DNA from: Geosiphon pyriformis uo1
Lineage: Eukaryota > Fungi > Glomeromycota
Assembly: GCA_016748015.1 (NCBI GenBank)
Contig: JAAOMT010000283.1
Coordinates: 128,108-192,107 of the forward strand
Reading direction: 5' to 3'
Length of the DNA: 64,000 bases
This document shows positions 35,852-50,900 of the stretch, in pieces (the stretch's first letter is position 1; each line of letters opens with the position of its first letter). Made by a program: the position numbers and the translations under genes. Below the pieces are notes generated by a model, which had not been told where the DNA came from, ran no database searches, and saw nothing but the letters and a program-made list of their open reading frames with translations.

Positions 35852-38800
35852 AAAAAAAAACTTCTTTCTCTCATTTATCCCAAATTTCCAAAAAAGAGCC
35901 ATAATATTTTTGAAAAAAGTTTTTTCTGTTCTTCATCATTCATTTTACTATTTCCAAATCATTTGTGCTTGATTACGAGACCACTGTTGGCCCTAGTATT
36001 GCAGTTCTAAATAAGTCAATTATAGAGTCCATCTTTAATATTGGTGTCAAGTCTGCTGAGTCCAGAAAGAAGAGGAGAGGAGGTGTTTTGGAGGATAATA
36101 TTGGTAATAAGAAATTTGCTGCTGCTAAAGTATCAAGTGGTCATTCTTGGGGTTCTGAAACTGGTGATACTATTGAATCTGATAGTGTAGACATGGAAGA
36201 GGAATGTTTGGTGGAGGAAACCAGCTTTGATTATAGAGATGGTGGTGCTTTTGCTGGAGAGAAATCGGAACAGATGCCTAAAAGTTTGAAAATTCTTACC
36301 AAGAGGGCTTTTGGGAAGCCACTGAGGAAAATTGACTTCTTGGATAATAATATTGATGATATACTCTTGGACAAACCTGTGGTTCTCCCTCTCTCTTTGA
36401 AAAACTTGGTCAATGTTTCTGTCAGGAAGTTCTTTGTCTTGAATATCAGCTTGGACAATGTTATTAGAAAATCTGCTCAGAAAAAGCTTGTGGTTGTCAG
36501 AAAATTATTTTCAAAAATCAATGGTTTTGGGGGGGCTTTTACCCCCTCAAAATTTGCTGGAATCATCAGAGTGATGTTTACATTTGAATCAAGTTTGGCG
36601 CAGGCTTCTAAAAAGGCTGAAGAGGTAAAGATTTTGGTTAACCCCAATCTCAAAAAATCATCTGGGCATTCAGATCATGGTATTAAAGGAAATTTTTGTT
36701 GGAACATCAACTAAGACTGTGTGTGCTGCACTATCCGATTTTGGTGTGGTGGTGTTAATCAAGATACAGTTGGTAGATTTATGGTAGAAGGCTTTAGTTG
36801 AATTTAGTAAAAGTGAACAAACTGATTTAGTCATGGCTTGTTGGTCTGTCCTGATTGGAAAGAATGCTGTACATATGGCCAGGGCTGATCACAACAAGGA
36901 ATCATGAAACTCGAGAGATCAACATAAGGCATTGCTCTATACTTTGCCAATAGGTACGATTGCTCATGACATCTGAGATTATGTTAGCTCTGTGAGTGGA
37001 AAAACATGTGTGATAGGTCATTATCCTGTTATATATGCTTGGGCCAGATGTGCTGTTGTTTGTTTTGAATCAGCTGATTCCTTGAATGCTGTCATGAGAA
37101 CTACTCCAGTTTTAAGGAGTGTGAATATGTGTTGGTCTTTTTTGGGTTTTTCTAAATGCACTGAGTGTGGGAAATTAGGTCATATATCTTTGGGCTGTGC
37201 TAAGGGTGAGAATCCCTCCTCTGGGGAACATTCTCGCAGACCTCTATCAGACATGAATAAAAGCAGATTGGCAACCATCTATGCCAAGCATTTAGCTCTG
37301 ATTGCTTGTCCTGTTGCTTTTGGTGGAGTTTCTTGGGCTAAAATAGCTGGTAAAAATGTTTTTCCTCCTTTCCCTGTACATGAAGTGTTGGTCAATTCTG
37401 GCTCCTTCTTGGAGATGAAGCCTACCCTTCTTAATATAAATAATATTGAAAAAAGATTTGCTGTTTTGGAAAGCAGTCTTGTCAGCCTCACAGAACAAAT
37501 TGGTAAGTTGGCTAAGAGGTTGGACTCATTCATGCTGGCAGTTTCCCAGTCTAGCCCTGGATGTTAGCTGCCAGTGACCCCCCTATCACAGGATCAGGTG
37601 GGTAATGTAGTGATGGGAAAGGGTTTGGGTAATGCCACAAGTGGTAAGACTGCTACAATTTTGGACTCTTCTGCTTCTCCTGAAGTAAAGAGATTAGAAA
37701 ACATGTTGGAAGAACTTTCTGCTTTGGTTCTAAGTCTTACGGCAAGGTTTGATGGTTCAATTTTGGCTGGCAGTGCATCTTTCAAACCTCCTTCTCAATG
37801 ACCAGTTTAGTTTAGAAGATTGCCATGTGCAATGTTAGGGATATGAATAATTCTGCGAAACAAGATAATGTAATTTGTTAGCATAAAGAGATAAATAATT
37901 TGATTTCTATTGTTACTGAGACTAAGTTGAGAGGCAAAATCCACCCATGAATTATGAATAAATTTGATGGTGTCCAGGTTTTTACTTCTGGTTTGGACTC
38001 TGGTCATTGGGTTCTGGTATTGCAATCATCATGGACAACTCTTTGGTGAAACATATGTGTAAAGTTTCCAAAGTTTCTGGTTAACTCCTCTCCTTCAAAT
38101 TACTTTTCAGGAATAATCTTTCAGTGTCAATTTTGGGACTCTATGCTGATGCTTTGTCAGTGGTTTGGTTCTTTCAGGCTAGTGAGATCAACTCTCTCAT
38201 TGCAAAAGCAGTGAATGAGTCTTCTTTTATTGTTTTGGGTGGCGATTTTAATGAAAATGGGACCTGAAAGTGTGCTAGCTTCAAGAAGTGCTTTGATTTG
38301 GGTTTAGTTAATTCTCTGCATGGAAGTTTATTTGTCAAGATGCCTACATAGTCCAATTCTCATGGTGTTACTAGAGCTCTCAATTACATTTTTGTTTCTT
38401 CAAGTTTGGTCAATGCTGTAATAGATGGTAGTATGGCCAATGTTGGAGACTATTTTGATACTGATCACAAAGCTGTTTCAGCTTCTGTGGGTTTGGGTGG
38501 TTTGCTTGATGTCCATTTGAGTTCAATACGCAAGCAGGCAAATAAAAATTGTTGGAAGTTTGATATTAAAAGTGCAGATGAGGCAAAATGGAGTGAATTT
38601 AAGGATGCTACTGCAGCCAATGCTGTCATGTTCTTGGATGAGTTTGAGGCAGCCAAGAAGTTCTCTGATCTGGATGCTATGTGGGATATTGTTCACAAAG
38701 CAATGATTTTTTCTGTTAATGGTGTTTTCAAGAAGAAATGGTTTAAGGATTATGATAGAGTGTTTACCAAAGAGTCTTCCAAGTTGCATAAATTGGAGAT

Positions 38801-41800
38801 TTTGGTTTCGAAAATTGTCAAAACTTCTCATAAAGCAGACTCTAGCAGATTTGAGTCTTTGTTAAGATGCTGGGTTTCTTTGGATAGTGACAAAGCTTCT
38901 GCTGTTTGGGATCTTGTGAGTTCTGGTGCAAATTCAGATTGTGTTCATTCTGCTTTTTGTGGTGTGAGGAGGTCTTATTGTGCTTCCAAGCTTGCCAAGT
39001 TTTTGAGAGCTGAGGAGTCAGGCATTAGATCAGCTATTGAGAGAAGAATGGAGAATTTTGTGGTCAACAAAGGCCACACAATCTATAGTGTTTTGGAATG
39101 TCCATTCCACAAAGTGGTGTTAAATCATTTGGTTTTTGATAACAGTTTGATTTTGGATCTGGTAGAAGTTAAGAGCAAGGTAGATGGTATAATAGAGAGC
39201 TGGACAAAGAAGAGAGCTGTGCTAAAAAGTGTTCCTGATTTGTGGCAGTACCAATACCTGCCTTTGAGTTATGTCGACGATAATGCTTTTTCTGGTGTGA
39301 TGGATGCTATTAGTTTGGATGACTTAATGCATGTGATTAGAGATTTGCTGGATAGTAAAGCTGCTGGCTTGTCTGGCATTTCAAATGAACTTTGGAAACA
39401 TTGTGATGGTTCTGTGCTAGGCTTGCTTTTGGATCTTCTGAACATTTGTTTGGTTTGTGAGTCAATTTTCCATTGTTGGAAGGAAGCTTGGGTGTTAATA
39501 ATTCTCAAATCCTATGAGTGAAAGGGTGTCTTAACAAACACTAAACTGATCACTTTAATTGAAACTGCTCGTAAGATTCTTTCTAAGTTGCTGTCTGATA
39601 GGATTTCATTAGTGTACAGTTTATTCAACATACTTTGTGGGGACAATTTTTCTGTGCTTAAGGGCATGACTACTTAGTCTTCTATTTTTGCTATTGGTTT
39701 GGTTGTTAAAGATGCTTTGGAAAAAGATTGTAAATTTTGGCTTGTGCTACAGGATATGCGTAAAGTCTATAACTCTGTAGATTGGCATCACTTGTATAAT
39801 AGTTTGGTTTAGATCAAAATGTGTGGGCATTTTATTAGATTTTTTGGCTCTATTCACAATAACTGTGTTAATTGGATTATGACTGATTTCGGTCTAACTG
39901 ATGAATATTGAGTACATGATGGTCTTGATCAGGACAAGGTTTTCTCTCCTTTGCTGTGGAGGATCTTTTACAACCCTCTTTTGTATAAGGTCAAGAATCA
40001 GAAGAATTTGTGTGAATACCATATTGATACTAAATTTGTTGCTAAAACAGGTAGGATAGAAAACCAAGGCAGTTTGACCTCATTTCTGGCTGCTGGTACA
40101 TTTGTAGATGATACCATTTGGGTGGGTAGCAGTCAGGCTGCCACTCAGTATATCTTGGACATAGCAAGTAAATTTTTCAGAGTAAATAACATTTCTATCA
40201 ATAATGAGAAAACTGTGGCCATTCCTATCAATCAAAGAGTTAGCAGTGCATCTTTGTCAATTAGTGGTCTGCTGATTTTAATTGCTTGCAAAAAGGAGTC
40301 TCATCAATACCTTGGCATTTATTTGTCATCTGAGAGTTTGTCCAAATCCAGTTTGGCTAAAGCACATTTGAACGTTAGATTTTTTGTCAATTTGGTTCTT
40401 AAGAAAGTTATCTCAGACAAGCAATTTCTTTATCTAGTATCAGCTGTATTGCAACCTATTGTCAGTTACAGAACTCAGTTCAGTTTCATTTCTAGGAATG
40501 TGTATTTGAAGTGGGATACATTAATTAGGAGGGGGTTAAGACTTAAGACTGGTTTTCCGAAATACTTTCTCAATAAGACTCTTTACCATTCTTTTTTGTA
40601 TAGCTTGAAGTCTTTTGAGCAGTTGCAAACTAAGTGCAAAGTGGCTTCTGTGTTGTGTTTCTCAAATGCTGGTGGTGTTCTTGGTTGTTTGTTTATTTAT
40701 AGGTCTTTGAATCTTCAGGTTTTGGGTTGGTCATCTATTTACCCCTTATGTCATCCAATCAGGTTACGTATCAGTCTGGTCAATAATTTTTTGGCAAATG
40801 TTGTTAGGATTTTTTTGGACTTTAACATGTCTCTTGGCAATTTTGCTGTTTCTGCATTCTGCTTTTCTGGTAGGACACCAATATCTACAGTCCTGGGTGC
40901 TTCTTTGTTTTATAATATTTCTTCTTTCCTTAAAAAGTTTGGAATCACTTTTGCCGAGCAGTTGTATACCAAAAAGAGTTTAATTTTTAATTGGAAAAGC
41001 TTTTGTCATTGGAAGAGACTTGATTCAAGGGGCTTTGTCCCTCATTGGTTCACTTTGGTTTGTGACTTTTTGGATCAATCTCCTATTTCTGATGATTTGT
41101 GCATTGTGAGTTTGCAGACTGCAGATGTTTGCAGCTCAGATGTGGTTTCCAGATTGGGCCAGTGTCTCTTTTCAGCAAATATGGGGGTTATTAATGTTTA
41201 CACTAATGGATCGCTGAAGGATTTGGGTTCAGGTGAAATGAAATGTGGTGTGACTGCTTACTTTTTGGATCTGAACCTGAGTATAAGTGCTAAGATTGGT
41301 GGATTGGTTTCTTTAACTATGGCAGAACTGCAGACAATCACTTTAGCTTTGAAGTGTGTTCTCCCTAACAGTTCTGTAGTGGTCTATTCAGACAGTCAGG
41401 CTGCTTTGGATGTGTGTGTGGCAGAATCAGCTCTGGTGTCTTTGGATTTCCGAAACCACTGCTGGATGGAGTGGTATGGTATTATCAATTTAATTAAGGG
41501 AAAGTGGCTTGATGTTTCTTGATGTAAAGTAAAAAAACATTCAGGTGTTATAGATAATAAGTGTGCTAATGAGTTAGCCAGTTTGGCTGTGAGCTCTTCT
41601 TTGGAACTTCTGGTTTTGGTTAAGGAAAAATTTATCAAGACTAGCAGGGTGGCAGTATCTGAGAACATTCGTTATTTTGCTCATAAGATTTTCAGGTCTA
41701 TTAATCATGCTCATTGGAAAGTTGGTCCTGGTTTCAATGTTATTGATAACAGTTTACTTGGTGATGTGAACTGGTTTTGTACTGCTTCAGTGTGACACTC

Positions 41801-42620
41801 TGACTTCCATATGGTAACCAGCTTTATTAGTAACTCTATAACTAGTTTGCACTCTTATTTCTTAAAAGCTCTTCACCACCATCTCCCAGTTGCTGTGAGA
41901 AAACATCTGTATAGTAAGGTCTACCCAAGTGTCTTATGTCTGCACTGTGGTGAGATGGAAAGTTTCGACCACTTCTTTGTTTGTACGTTTGATTCTGATG
42001 CCCATAAGAGTATTCTCAGATCTTATCTGGCTAAGTGGTATTGTGTTTCTGAATTAGGTTTGCATTCATCTCATGTCTTACAGGTACTCTCCCTGTGCAC
42101 ATCTGATGACATGTTGTATACTATTATGGACAAAGGTTTTGTGTTCAAAGATTGGGTTCAGGAAGCTTCGTCCATACTGGATGATGTCAAGGTTATGGGA
42201 AGGTTTATTGTTGATTTTGTTCATAAACTGGGTGCTGTTCACCACACAGATATTTGGGTGGTTAGAGCTAAATATAGGGCTTTAATTGAAAAAAGTGGTT
42301 TAATTCCACTTGATGGTTCTGTGTATTCTGTGACCCGTAGTCTGTCTTGTATGTTTTCTGCTGGGGTGATTAGGTTGCTTGGAATTGCTGAGACAGTTGG
42401 TGTCTGCTTTGGTTTTTGTAAACATTGCTGCTTTTTTCTGGTATAAATGGCATGGTTTTTGTTCTAATAAATTCGTAGTGTTGCTTTGATTAGTCTGAGT
42501 GACTGGTTATGTGTAGAAAGTGCATGATTAGTGCCTAGTTTAAATCACTTAGTTTAATGTATTGCACTAGGTGGCTTTTGGGCCTTACTTGTTAAACGTT
42601 AATAAAAAAAAAAAAAAAAA
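35852..42620 (+). mobile_element. LINE copy 3: near full length, poly(A) tail
   Basis: ORF1 35965-37801 (CCHC CTECGKLGHISLGC). ORF2 37798-42478 (EN GGDFN/DTDH, RT FVDD, RNase H VYTNGS/AELQ/SDSQA, CLHC..DHFFVC). 3' UTR, then an A tail at 42601-42620. Confidence 0.95.
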
Positions 42621-44990
42621 GATTAAAATATTTTTATATTAATGATTTTTTAGTTTTATTTTAAATATAAATTATTAATAATCTTTTTTAAACAAAATTT
42701 AATAAAAAATATAACAATAAAAATTTTATATGTATTTACTAAGAGCAAAATTATTAATAAAAATAAGTTATTAAAATTAAATTAAAAATTAAAAAATTAA
42801 TAATAATAATAATAAATCTTAGATAAACTATTGTTTTAATAACTAATTTGATTTAAAAAATTGTAAAAATTTTTTTTTTATTAAAAATAGTTAAGTATTA
42901 AATTAAAAAAAAAATTTAAGTACTATATAAGTTTTTATTTAAAAAATCTTGTATTTATTAGTTAATAAAATTGTTTTTAAAACTTGGTTTTGTAAATTAA
43001 AAAATATTAAAAACAACCAATTTTTTAAGTTTTTTAAATTAAAGCTTTTAATATTTAAAATTACCAAAAAATTATGACAATAATAATTATAAAAAACTTT
43101 TACATATGTGGTTTTTTTAATAAAATAAAAGCTTTATAAATTTTAAATATAATAAATACAGATTTTAAAATTAAAAATATGGAACTGGTTTTGTTTAATA
43201 TAAAGAAATTTTATTAAACATTTAAGTTTTATAAGTTTTAAGAACTAAAAAATTCTAAATAAGATTAATAAATATAAAATACTTAAAAAATTTATTTGTA
43301 ATAATAATTATATAATTAAAATTATTTTAAATTATTTTTTTTTAAAAATTGTTTTTAATTATATAATTATAAAAAATAAGCTTATTTTAAAGTTTAAAAA
43401 AATTAAATCTAAAATAAATAAAATTATAAAAAAATAAACAATATTAAATAAAATTCTGCTTTATAATATTTTTAATATGTTTTTTTAGATTATATTATTG
43501 CTAAAACATTTTTCAATATAATAAAAAAAAGTAAACATAAAAAGTTATTTATAATTAAAAATTTATTAAAAACATTATAATAAGTTTGTTTAAACTTATT
43601 GTTAAAATTTTTTAAATATATGTTTAAATAAATTTGTTTTTAAATTATAAAAAAAACCTGAATATTAATAATTCTTAAATTATATAAGTAAAAAAAGTTT
43701 TAATAAATGCTTAATTTATTGTATTGATTAAAACTATTAAAAAAATTTTTTTTAAGTTGTTTTTAATTGTATATTTTTTATTTGTAATAGATATAATACT
43801 TTTTATAAAAACAATTTTTCAGTTTTAAAAAGCATTTTAACTTAGTTTTTTTATTTTTATAATAAATACAATTGTAAAAAATACTTTAAAAAAAAATTAA
43901 AAATTGTAATTGGTTTTATAAAACATGTAAAAACTTTTAATTTAGTAAGATAATATTATTTAAAAAACAGTTTAATTAAATTTAAAATATATAAAAATTT
44001 ATTCAGTTTTTTATTTATGTTTATAATAACAAAATTAACTATAAAATAGATAACAGTTTGAATTAAAAAAAAATTTTTTTATATAGAATTTAAAAACATA
44101 AAAGTTTAAATAAATATAAAATTAATATAAAATTTATTATTAAAATTAAAAGTATTAAAACCAAAACTAATATAATATTTTATTTAACTAATATATTTAT
44201 TAATAATATAATTTGAATAAAAAATAGTTAAGTTACAATTCAGTATATTTTAAATATTATTAATAAATTTTTTTGTAATTAATAATATTTTAATTAATAA
44301 TAACAAAACTATAGCTATTTTTATTAACTAAAAAGTTAAAAAATATTTTTTAAATATTAATAACTTATTTATTTTATTTTAAAAAAAAAATCCGAAAATT
44401 TTTTTTTATTTAAAAATTTATTTAGATTTAATTTATAAAAACATACTTAAATATTTAAATAATTTGTAAATTTGGTTTAAAAACTGTTTTAAATAAACAG
44501 TTTTTTATTTGATTTTAACAGTTTTATAGTTTATAATTAACTATAAAATTCAGTTTAAATTTGTTTTTAAAATATATATAAAGTAAAATTTACTATTAAT
44601 AAAAAATTTAAAATTTAAAACTAAATTGTTAAAAAATTTTCTAAAAAAACTATTATATTATATATTATTATAAAAGCAAAAATTTCTTATAATTTTTAAT
44701 ATATAAATATTAAGTTTTTAAACAATTTTTTGGTAATTTTTTTTTGAATTGTAGTGTTTTAATAATCAATAATATTTTTAATGTTTTTTATAATAAAAGT
44801 AGTGTTTTTATAATTAATATTATAAATTATTTTCATATTTTAAAGTGTTTATATTATTTAAAAAATTTGGTATTGCTTTTATAAATTAGTTATTAAATTA
44901 TTATAGTATATGTTTTAATTAAAAGTGGTTTTATTATTAAAAAAAACTTAATTTTATATAATTTATATTAATATTAAAGTTTATTAAGAA
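42621..44990. repeat. AT desert (eroded transposon relics)
   Basis: About 90% AT, near-zero CpG, no ORFs. Confidence 0.6.
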
Positions 44991-44993
44991 TAA

Positions 44994-47900
44994 AAAATCT
45001 TTCTCTTGTCAATCCTCTGGCCACGACGAGTGTAAAAGATTTATTGAAGTTTTAGTTTTCCTTTCTCCTATCTCCCTTTGTTTCCCATAATTATTTCTTT
45101 GACCAACCTTTTATTTATCGCAATGGAACTGGTGAGTTCATCTGCTGGTGGTTCTGGCTCTGGCTCGACTGGTTTGGGGACCTGTTCCAACACCAAAAAA
45201 AAGTGAGTGGATAGTGTCTACTCCTGTGGTGCGTTGTTTAAAAAACCGAAAAAGCCCGAAACAAGTGGAGGCATGATGGACTTATCTGCTGAACTGTTGA
45301 ATTTGTTGAATATAGGTGACTCTGGAATAGAACCTGCAGTGTCTTGGGGCAGCAAGGTAGGTAGTATAGCTAGCAGTGTTAGTGGTCTTTTTGACATGAA
45401 AAACATGAAAAATACAGTCACTAAAGAGACCAGTTACGTGGATTCAGTTGTTTCTGAGCATGGTGAAAATGAGGACAAAACAACACCTAAAAAAACCTGT
45501 ACTTGAACATACATGTTGGGGCATCTGCTAAAGGTTCTGATGTTTGATAACATGAGTGACAATAATGATGTTTTGATGCTTCTTTCTCCTAAGTTTGCCA
45601 GCTCTGTGCTGTTGATTAAATCACGTGCAGTAGATATATGCAGTTTTAAGCCAGTCAAATTTTTTGCTCTAGATATAGATAAGTTGATTGCAGTAAAAAA
45701 AATTTTTTATCAAATTGATGGTTTTGGGGAGGCATTAACTCCTTCAAAGTTTCCAAGCATAATAAGATCATCTTTTACTTCTGAATTGAGTTTGAAAAAG
45801 GCTAGGGAAATGGTGATTAGTGAAAAAATCTTTGTCAATGATGATGTAAGGAAAGTAAATAGCCGCTTAGATTGGGAAGTGATTATCAAGAAGATTCTGG
45901 TGGATCTTCCCAGATCAGCAATTGAGGCAGTGTTTTCCAAATTTGGTAGGATTGTGTCTATTAAGTTGCAACTTATTGGTCTTTGGCAGAAGGCCCTAAT
46001 AGAATATGAATCTTCAAAAATGGCTGATTTAGTCACAGCTCAATGGTCTGTATTGGTGGGAAAGGATTCTGTTTGTGTGGCCAAGACAATCAATGATAAA
46101 CAAATGTGAGTATCTAGGAATCAACATAGGGCTTTGCTCTATACTTTACCAACTGGGACTACTGCTCACGATTTGTTAGGCTTACTGGAATCATATGGTG
46201 AGAAAACTTGTTTCATTGGCCAGAATTCTAGTTCTTATGTTCATAATAGATGCGCGATAATTTATTTTGGTAATGAAGCATCCAAGTTAGTAGCTATTGG
46301 TTCAGTTTTAGTGTTTAAGGGCACAAATTTACATTGGGCTGGTCTTTCTCTGGCCTGTTGTGCTGCATGTAAACAATTTGGTCATGTTTCTGGTGTTTGT
46401 TCTGTGGGTGAGAATTCTGGATCTTGTGGAAAGTGAGTGATTTCTAATCAGGATCGAGTTTGTTTGGCTGGCATTTATAAGAGGAAGCAGGCTCCTATCT
46501 TCCGTCCCATGTCTTTCGCTGGTAAAACTTGGGCTCAAGTTGCTGGTGGCTCTCTCTTTTGTGTGTTTTCTTCTGGTTTTTCTAGTGCTAGTGCGCATTC
46601 TGGTTCGGTTCCTTCTTCTTTAATATCTGATCTTCTTATTATGTCTCAATTGGATATTTGTTTGGCAACATTGGAACGCTCTTTGGAGATTTTGGTGGAT
46701 CAGGTTTCTGGTATATTGAAGAAGCTTAGTTTTGTCGATTTGGTGCTGTTGGCTTCTCTTTCTGATGGTGCATCTCTGGTTGTTTCTGTGCCTGCAGCTT
46801 TAGTTGTAAGTTCGGATATGGTCTTGGATGATGGATCAACTTTATCTGTTTTCCCATCTTCTGGTGCTGGTGAATCTGCTGCTGTTCTTAGTTCAAGTGG
46901 CTCTAGAGTTCTTACCTCCAAAGTGGGTGGTTTGGAATCTAAGATGTCTGTTCTGGAAGCTTCAATTGGTGCTGTTCTGGCAAGATTGGATCTCTTGTGC
47001 TTTAATTCAGGTTGTTCTCTTCCATCCTCATCCCAATAAGCTGTTTAGTCTGAAAATTTGCTATGTGCAATGTTAAAGGTATCAATGTTTCTACAAAGCA
47101 AGCGGACATTATTCATTGACATATAGACTCGGGAAATATGGTTTCTTTTATCACTGAGATAAAGTTGAGGTTCTTTTCTGGGCCTTGGATAAGAGATAAG
47201 TTTGATGGAGTGCAAATTTTTTTTTTAGGATTGGATAAAAGTTTTATGGGTACTGGAGTTGCTATTATTATGAACACTTTTTTGGCTCGTCATGTTTCTA
47301 AGATAGAAGAGATTCCCGGTCGGGTTATTTCTGTTCGGCTCTTGTTTAAGGGCAAACTTTTGGTTACTGTTTTGGGGTTGTATGCTGGTGTCTTGTCTGG
47401 GGCTAGGTTCAGTTAGGCTTCTGAAGTTAATTCTCTTATTGCAAAGACTGTCAACTTCAGCAATTTTGTTATCTTAGATGGGGACTTTAATGAGAGTGGA
47501 TCTGGTAAAAGTGCTAGTTTCAAGTTTTGTTTAAGTCTGGATTTGGTCAACTCATTTGTCGGTTATCATTTGGCTGATTTTTATACATGGAGCAACTCAA
47601 GAGGAGTTGGGAAGATGATTGATTACATTTTTGTTGGTGGTAATTTGTCTTCTGCTATAGCTAGTCATCAAGTGGTCTCTGTTTCAGATTTCTTTGACAC
47701 CGATCACAGGGCAGTGGTGGTTTCAGTTGGTTTGGGTGGGCTTCTGGATGTTCAATTAAATAGTTTGCACAAACAGGTGAATAGAGACCATTGGAAGTTC
47801 AAAATCAAGGATGTTGACTGTACTGGATGAGCTAAATTTAAGGATCTCTCCTCAGCAAAACTCTTGTCTTTGGGTGAGATGTTCTCTGGTGCTAAAATAC

Positions 47901-50900
47901 ATGGTAATGTGGATGCTATGTGGGCGGTTTTGGTGGGGGCTGTGGTAGATTTTGCTGATGTAACGTTTTTGAAGCATTGGTTTAGCGAGTTCAAGTGTTC
48001 AAAAAACATACATTCTTCTAGGTTTTTTGGTCTGGAAATGTTAGTGGCCAAGATTGTTAAGAAGTTTTGCTCTAGTGACTTGCCTGATACTAATCGTCTT
48101 GTGAGTAAATGATTAACTCTGGATGTTGTGAAGACTTGTGCTTTCAAGAACTTGGTTGATTCAGAGGTTAAATCTGATGTTGTTGTTAGGCATTTGTCAT
48201 TGGTTTGCAGAGATTACAGGAGGTCTAAGATGTTTAAGTCGAGATTGGCTGAGGAAGTGTCTGTCAGAAAGGCGATTGAAAAGCGTATGAATAATTTCTG
48301 TTCGGACAAAGGTAGTATGATCAGGAGTGTGTTGGAAAGACTCTTTTACAAGGTGGTATTGGATTATTTGGTAGTTGATGATAATTTGGTGTTGCTGTCT
48401 GGAGAAGTGAAGTTAAACATGAACAGAATAATGGAGAGGTGAACAAAGAAATGCTCTGTTCAGTCAGTGCTTCCTGATCTTTGGACTCGTCAGTATGCGC
48501 CTTTAGACTATGTTTGGAATAATACCTTTTCAGGTATTATGTATACAATCAGTATGGGAGAGCTACTTTCTGTTGTTGGTGGTCTACCTGATAGCAAGGC
48601 TGCTGGTTTGTCTGGCATTTCTAATGAGTTGTGGAAGCATAGTGGGGAAGTAGTTTTGGGGTGCCTGTTGGCACTATTCAATAAGTGTTTGTTTGTTGGT
48701 ATGGTGTCTGTTTTGTAGAAGAGGGCATGGGTGTCTATGATTCCTAAGCCTTATAACTGGGATGGGCTTCTTATGAATACTTAGCCTATTGCTTTAATTG
48801 AGACTGCCAGGAAGATTCTTTCCAAAGTTCTGTCTGATTGTATTTTGATGGCTTGTAGCAAGTTCAACGTTTTTTGAGGTGACAACTTCTCAGTGCTAAA
48901 GAGTACGTTCACACAATCTCCGGTGTTTGCTGTTGGTTCAGTGATTGAGGATGTCCTTGAGAAAAATAAGGAGTTGTGGTTGGTCTTGCAAGATATGCGG
49001 AAAGCTTATGATTCAGTTGGATGGCATCATTTGAGGGCTAGTTTGCAGCGTGTCAAGATGTGTAAGAGATTTATAAGGTTTTTTGGTGGTATTCATGAGA
49101 ATAGAGTTAACAGGGTGATGACTGACTTTGGTTTATCTGATGGTTATAAGGTACATGATGGACTGGATCAGGGTGAAGTCTTTTTGCCACTTCTATGAAG
49201 AATTTTTTATGATCCACTTTTGTGTGAGGTTAAGAGGCATAAACATTTGTGTAGATACCAGATTGATACTAAGTTTGTTTTGAAAACTGGCAGGATTGAG
49301 TGTGGTGGTGGTTTGACATCATATTTTTCAGCTGGTGTATTTGTTGATGATATGATCTGGGTTGGGAATTGTCAGGCTTCCACTCAATATCCTCTGAACA
49401 TTGCCAGCAAATTTTTTGTGGTCAATGATATTTCTATCAACAGTGAAAAGATGGTAGCTATTCCTATCAATCAGGGTGTTAAAGTGGTTTCATTGAGCAT
49501 TTGTGGTCAGCCAATTTCTATTGCTAGGAAAGATGAAGCACATTGGTATTTGGGTATCTTTTTGTCAACTGAGGGGCTCTCAAAGCTGAGTGTTGCCAAG
49601 GCTCATACAGATGTACGTTTTTTTGTCAATGTTGTGCTCAAGAAGGCTATTACAGATAAACAATTCTCCTATCTGGTTTTGGCTATTTTGCAGCCTATTG
49701 TCAACTATTGTATTCAGTTCAGTTTTGTTCCTCTTGATGTTTGTCACAAGTGAGATGTCTTGGTTAGGAAGAGTCTCAGGTTTAAGACTTGTCTCTCCCG
49801 TGATTTTCTTGATACTGCTTTGCATCATCCCTTATTGTATGGCCTAAAGCCTTTTGAGCAGATGCAGTCAAAGGGGAAGATTGCTGCTCTGATAATGTTC
49901 TCTAATGCCTCTGGTATTCTCAGACATTTGTTTAGTCATAGGTTTTTGGATCTACAGGTTCTTGGTTGGGCTTCTTTGGATCTATTGCAGTTTCTGGTTA
50001 GGTTGCGTGTTAATCCAGTGAACAATTTTTTGGCTGGGATGGTGAAGATTTTTTTAGGCAGTGAGCTGTCTTTGGTGAACAACCTTCCTATTGTGTTTCG
50101 TAGTTCTGGTCGTTTTCTGTTGTTCTCTTTTCTTGGAAAGTCTCTGTATTTTGATTCAGTCAAATCTCTTAAATGCTTTGGTATTGCTTTTGGTGATCGA
50201 CTTTTTGATAAGAAGGGTATTTTGTTGGATTGAAAAACTTTTCGTTATTGGAAGAGATTGGATCCATGTGGTTCTGTGCCTTATTGGTTCATGGTTTTTT
50301 CTGAATTTTTGAAGGGTTAGGGTTATTCATTTTCTGATTCTGTTAGCTTTGTGAGGAAGCTTAGTTTGGACATTTTAGGGTCTGGGGAATTTTTTACAGT
50401 GAAAAATGGTTTACATGACATTTGGTCTGGCTTTTTTGAAGTCTTTATGGATGGGTCTTTGAGGAATGCAGACTCTGCTGAAGTCATCTGTGGTGCTGCT
50501 GCATACTTCCCGGTCTTGGATAGAAGCATTAATGTCGCTGTTCATGGTTTTTTGTCATTTACTATAGCCGAATTACAGGCTGTCGCTTTGTCCTTGGAGT
50601 GTATTTCTTCTTCAAGCACTATGGTATTGTATCTTGACAGTCAAGCTGCTATTGATGTATGTGTGTCTGAGATGTCTTTGGCCACCCCCAATTTCTGTAA
50701 TCAATGCTGGCTGGAGAAGCATCATATTTTTAATTTGGTCAGAGATAAAGATCTTAGTGTGAGTTGGGTTAAGATGAAAAGCCACTCTGGGATTCCTAGT
50801 AATGTGGAGGCTGACTTGGCTGCTGGGACTGCCTCTGGATCCCTCTTTTCTCTTTTTGCTGATGTGCGTGAACATTTTTTGGTTGCTGAAGGTGTCGCTG

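Noticed and set aside
35940-36020. Non-AUG start of ORF1 in LINE copies 2 and 3
   Set aside because: ATG>ATA erosion (for example GTT ATA AAG in copy 2) can explain the missing start; undecidable without a consensus.
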